Of a stretch of DNA of 64,000 nucleotides, positions 63,700-64,000 are shown piece by piece. The stretch covers positions 638 to 64,637 of the forward strand of contig CAZJVB010000010.1 of the NCBI GenBank assembly GCA_964549435.1, read 5' to 3'. The notes beneath the pieces are model-generated. The model was not told the DNA's origin. It saw only the letters and a program-made list of their open reading frames with translations, and ran no database searches. The position numbers and the translations under genes were made by a program. The first letter of the stretch is position 1. The number at the start of each line of letters is the position of its first letter. This stretch comes from an uncultured Ruminococcus sp. Lineage in GTDB: Bacteria > Bacillota > Clostridia > Oscillospirales > CAG-382.

Positions 63700-64000
63700 A
63701 TGTTTCTGTATTTAAAACTCAAATCTCGATTACCTGAATTCAACATCGAGTTGGTAACATTAGACAACCTGAACAATTATGAAAATATATTCTACTGCAA
63801 CCAAGAATACTATTTAATTACAGACGGACATTTGGCCACAAAACAAGATTGCATGGAAACAATTGAATATGGAAATTATTTTCCTGAAGATACGTGCTAC
63901 TGCATTGGTTTTTCATCAAATGATGAAGCTATCGCTTTGCTTTCTATTCTTGAAGGTTATCCCGAAGCCGATACTATATATATCGGTTTATTTCTTATGA
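63700..64000 (+). CDS. GNAT-like acetyltransferase, N-terminal part only (runs off the window end)
   Basis: Not in the ORF track because no stop lies in the window. The ATG at 63700 is 8 nt after GGGAG, and gTGcTATAAT lies upstream. It reads MFLYLKLKSRLPEFNIELVTLDNLNNYENIF...EADTIYIGLFLM. The stretch is very AT-rich. Confidence 0.4.
   Translation, partial: MFLYLKLKSRLPEFNIELVTLDNLNNYENIFYCNQEYYLITDGHLATKQDCMETIEYGNYFPEDTCYCIGFSSNDEAIALLSILEGYPEADTIYIGLFLM

Overview
This 64-kb window is chromosomal DNA from a high-GC, Clostridia-type Firmicute. By eye most of it is about 55-60% GC. The gene content looks Oscillospiraceae/Ruminococcaceae-like: FabK-type FASII, PdxST, a flavodiiron protein, dockerin and cohesin modules, and many lipoprotein solute-binding proteins. 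No rRNA, tRNA, CRISPR array, transposase or integrase was seen.

The first ~47 kb is densely packed core genome. It holds ybaK (partial), hemW, lepA, secDF, a lipid kinase and an SGNH esterase. Next comes the rpmG-secE-nusG-rplKAJL cluster, then an fhs-tsaE-tsaB-rpiB operon behind a candidate ZTP riboswitch. After that come asd, a large LRR surface protein, a four-module flavodiiron protein, pdxST, nrdR, ftsK, uppP and two orphan solute-binding lipoproteins. The stretch ends with a 1776-aa S8 protease, fchA-folD, a U32 peptidase, a serine hydrolase and bioY.

The right-hand part is more accessory:
- About 47.9-50.1 kb is an AT-rich islet whose only gene is an ECF-type sigma factor fused to a ~380-aa C-terminal extension.
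- It is followed by ~640 bp of unexplained non-coding DNA with stacked terminators.
- Next is a FASII/ACC operon (acpP-fabK-fabD-fabG-fabF-accB-fabZ-accC-accD-accA) that lacks fabH and a regulator and ends in a translationally coupled acyl-CoA synthetase.
- Then come a multi-PAS/winged-helix regulator and a 4HBT thioesterase.
- The window ends in a second AT-rich stretch with a truncated, frameshifted ABC ATPase remnant and a partial GNAT gene.

The most unusual items are:
- the sigma-fusion islet;
- a SecE embedded in a 212-aa protein with a polyanionic loop;
- the membrane-anchored S8 protease that carries both dockerin-like and cohesin-like modules;
- a 99-bp tandem terminator repeat behind rplL;
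- the fabH-less FASII locus.

I found no clear multi-gene novel system such as a defence island. All functional calls rest on motifs read by eye, not on database searches.
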